64,000 nucleotides of DNA from Octopus vulgaris (Eukaryota): assembly GCA_951406725.2 (NCBI GenBank), contig OX597820.1, positions 88,164,001 through 88,228,000 on the forward strand. The letters run 5' to 3'. The notes beneath the pieces were generated by a model, which was not told the origin of the DNA, did not search any database, and saw only the letters and a list, made by a program, of their open reading frames with translations. The position numbers and the translations under genes were made by a program. This document shows positions 61,466 through 64,000 of the stretch, piece by piece (the stretch's first letter is position 1; the number at the start of each line of letters is the position of its first letter).

Positions 61466-64000
61466 CTGAAACAGAAAAATATAATGGGAAACATTTGAAA
61501 CATGTAACAGAAACACAGTAACGATAGCAGGTTCATTATGCAAACTTTTCATATTGTGCAGTAAGTGTATATTGCTCTTTGCCAAGCCTTGGGTCCTCAA
61601 ATCCTGATGGAGATGTGGGGATGTGGCTGTGACATATGGTGTGTCGTGAGCATGGAAACAGGGTGAAACCCATCCTTCTCCAGATTTAAATGCAGCTGAT
61701 TTCTTCCAGAGGGAAAGAGAGAGGGGAAGAGGAGAAGGAGGAGAATCAAATGTAGTACTGGGATTACACTGACTTTGAAATGATGAAAGAGAAGTTAACC
61801 TTGGTGAGATTTGAACCACAACAAATACTGCAAGGCATTCTATCTGATACTCTATCGATTCTGCCAATTCACCACCAACCACACCTCTGCTGCAGAATAT
61901 ATTAATTTATTACAATGGTATAATGCTGTAAGTTTGAAGCCATCTGAATGAACCGCTCCAGTTTGCTGACATAAAGCAGACATACTTTCTCTTTTACTCT
62001 TTTACTTGTTTCAATCCTTTGACTGTGGCCATGCTGGAGCACCGCCTTTAGTCAAGCAAATCGACCCCAGGACTTATTCTTTGTAAGCCTAGTACTTATT
62101 CTATTGGTCGCTTTTGCCGAAACGCTAAGTTACAGGGATGTAAACACACCAGCATTGGTTATCAAGTGATGTTGGGGCGACAAACACAGGCGTACAAACA
62201 CACACACATATATATATACATATACATATATACGACAGGCTTCTTTCAGCTTCCTTCTACCAAATCCACTCACAAGGCTTTGGTCGGCCCAAGGCTATAG
62301 TAGAAGACACTTGCCCAAGATGCCACGCAGTGGGACTGAACCCGAAAGCATGTGGTTGGTAAGGAAGCTACTTTATTTCATTAAATTTGTCATAAAGACA
62401 GTACCACACAGCCACTTCTGCACCTGATTAATATAACTTCCATTTTAGATAGAGTACAAGTCAAGTTCAGGTAACATTTGCAGATGATTCAGTGCCTGTT
62501 CCAAATAGTTAGAGGAACTGTGTCATGTAGAAATGTGTGATTCAAATACGCAACAAAACAATCTGTTTCAGAAGAATACAAAGGACCTGTGTTTATGTTC
62601 TATTTAGTAAAATAAGAGATCAAGATTTCCTTGAATATGGTCTCACTTGTCCTGCCGGGTTCTGTGCGTGAGAAGACCCGGCAGAACAAGTGAGACCATA
62701 ACCCGTGGCCTTTACCTGGGATGTAGCCAGTCCACTTATGCATACCTTTCCTTCTTTGGACACAAAACTCTGCTTGCGAAGACCTGTTGAGGCAAGTGAA
62801 ATCGAAATCGATCAAAAAATCAATGGAAATTGTAGTTTTGATACCAGTGCCGGTGGTACATAAAGAGAACCATCTGAACGTGGCCGTTGCCAGCGCCGCC
62901 TCGACTGGCTTCCGTGCCGGTGGCATATAAAAAGCACCAACCGATCATGGCTGTTGCCAGCCTCACCTGGCACCTGTGCTGGTGGGACGTAAAAAGCATC
63001 CACTACACTCACAGAGTGGTTGGCGTTAGGAAGGGCATCCAGCTGTCGAAACACTGCCAGATCAGACTGGAGCCTGGTGCATCCTCCTGGCTTCCCAGAC
63101 TCTGGTTGAACCATCCAACTCATGCTAGCATGGAAAACGGATGTTAAATGATGATGATGATGATGATGATGATGAGGATAGGAATCGCTGTGTAATTAAA
63201 AAGTTTGCTTTACAGTTACGTGGTTTTGAGTTCCCTCCCACAGTACAGCATCTTGGGCATGTGTCTTCTGCTGTCGCCCAGAACCAATCAGTGCCTTGTG
63301 AGAGAAATTGGTAGATGGAAAGAAACTGTATGAAGCCTGTCATGTGCATGTGCACAAGAGTATGACTATATGAATGTTTACATTGTGTGCTTTACATGAA
63401 AAAGCATTTAGCAACAAACTGTGATGTCAGTTGTTATTCTCTGTCAAGTAATTCTGAGTTAACTCTGAACTCTCAGAGACATTTGAAATAAGAAAAGTCT
63501 CTTACTTGAAAAATAGATAAGAGTTAGTGACAGGAAGGGCATCCATCTGTAAAAAAATACCTCGATAAGATGTATTTCTCTAACTCATGCTGTCATGGAA
63601 AAACAGACGTAAAGTGAACAAATTAATGAGTGATGGACCAAATGAACAAAGCTGGTTTAATACATGGAGCTTTTTCTACAAGCCAATAAAATACTTGTCA
63701 GGTCTGTAAGTCACAGATGCCTCTAGCAAATGGAATAGGCAATGTTGGGATGTGCTTGGTTGTAGGTCTGCTCAGTCAAGTTGACCAGGAGCTAAACAAC
63801 GGCAACAATTTAAAGCTGAATGAGCCAACATGTGAACTTCTACATGGCCACTCAATCTACTAGAAATAGCAGCCAAATCTCATTTAAAGGACCCTCTACT
63901 ATCTTAATAACTAAATAAATACAGACACATTGTATATGTAGATATTATGATGAAGTGAAAGGTGGTGAGTTACCAGACCCAATAGCATGCTGGGCAAAAT

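Overview
This is AT-rich, repeat-dense animal genomic DNA, most likely octopus/coleoid cephalopod (inferred from the SINE families and microsatellite load). There are two convergent spliced genes. SPCS2 (signal peptidase complex subunit 2, + strand) has four coding exons at 3538-10018; exon 1 was not found in the window, and one intron has U12 (minor spliceosome) signals. ANKMY1 (ankyrin repeat and MYND domain protein 1, - strand) has 12 coding exons from 61465 down to 14913, and its 5' exons lie beyond the window. The rest is tRNA-derived SINEs, RTE and R4/Dong LINE fragments, Tc1/mariner, hAT and piggyBac-like MITEs, Helitrons and microsatellites. The most interesting signal is a set of type I hammerhead-ribozyme motifs in four unrelated small repeat families. 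One is a tRNA-headed, TSD-flanked SINE-like element with a Penelope-style inverted terminus. Two have compensated core variants (G3-C8 and U3-A8 instead of C3-G8). One genomic copy begins exactly at the predicted self-cleavage site. All calls were made by eye; no folding or database search was run, and repeat boundaries are approximate.
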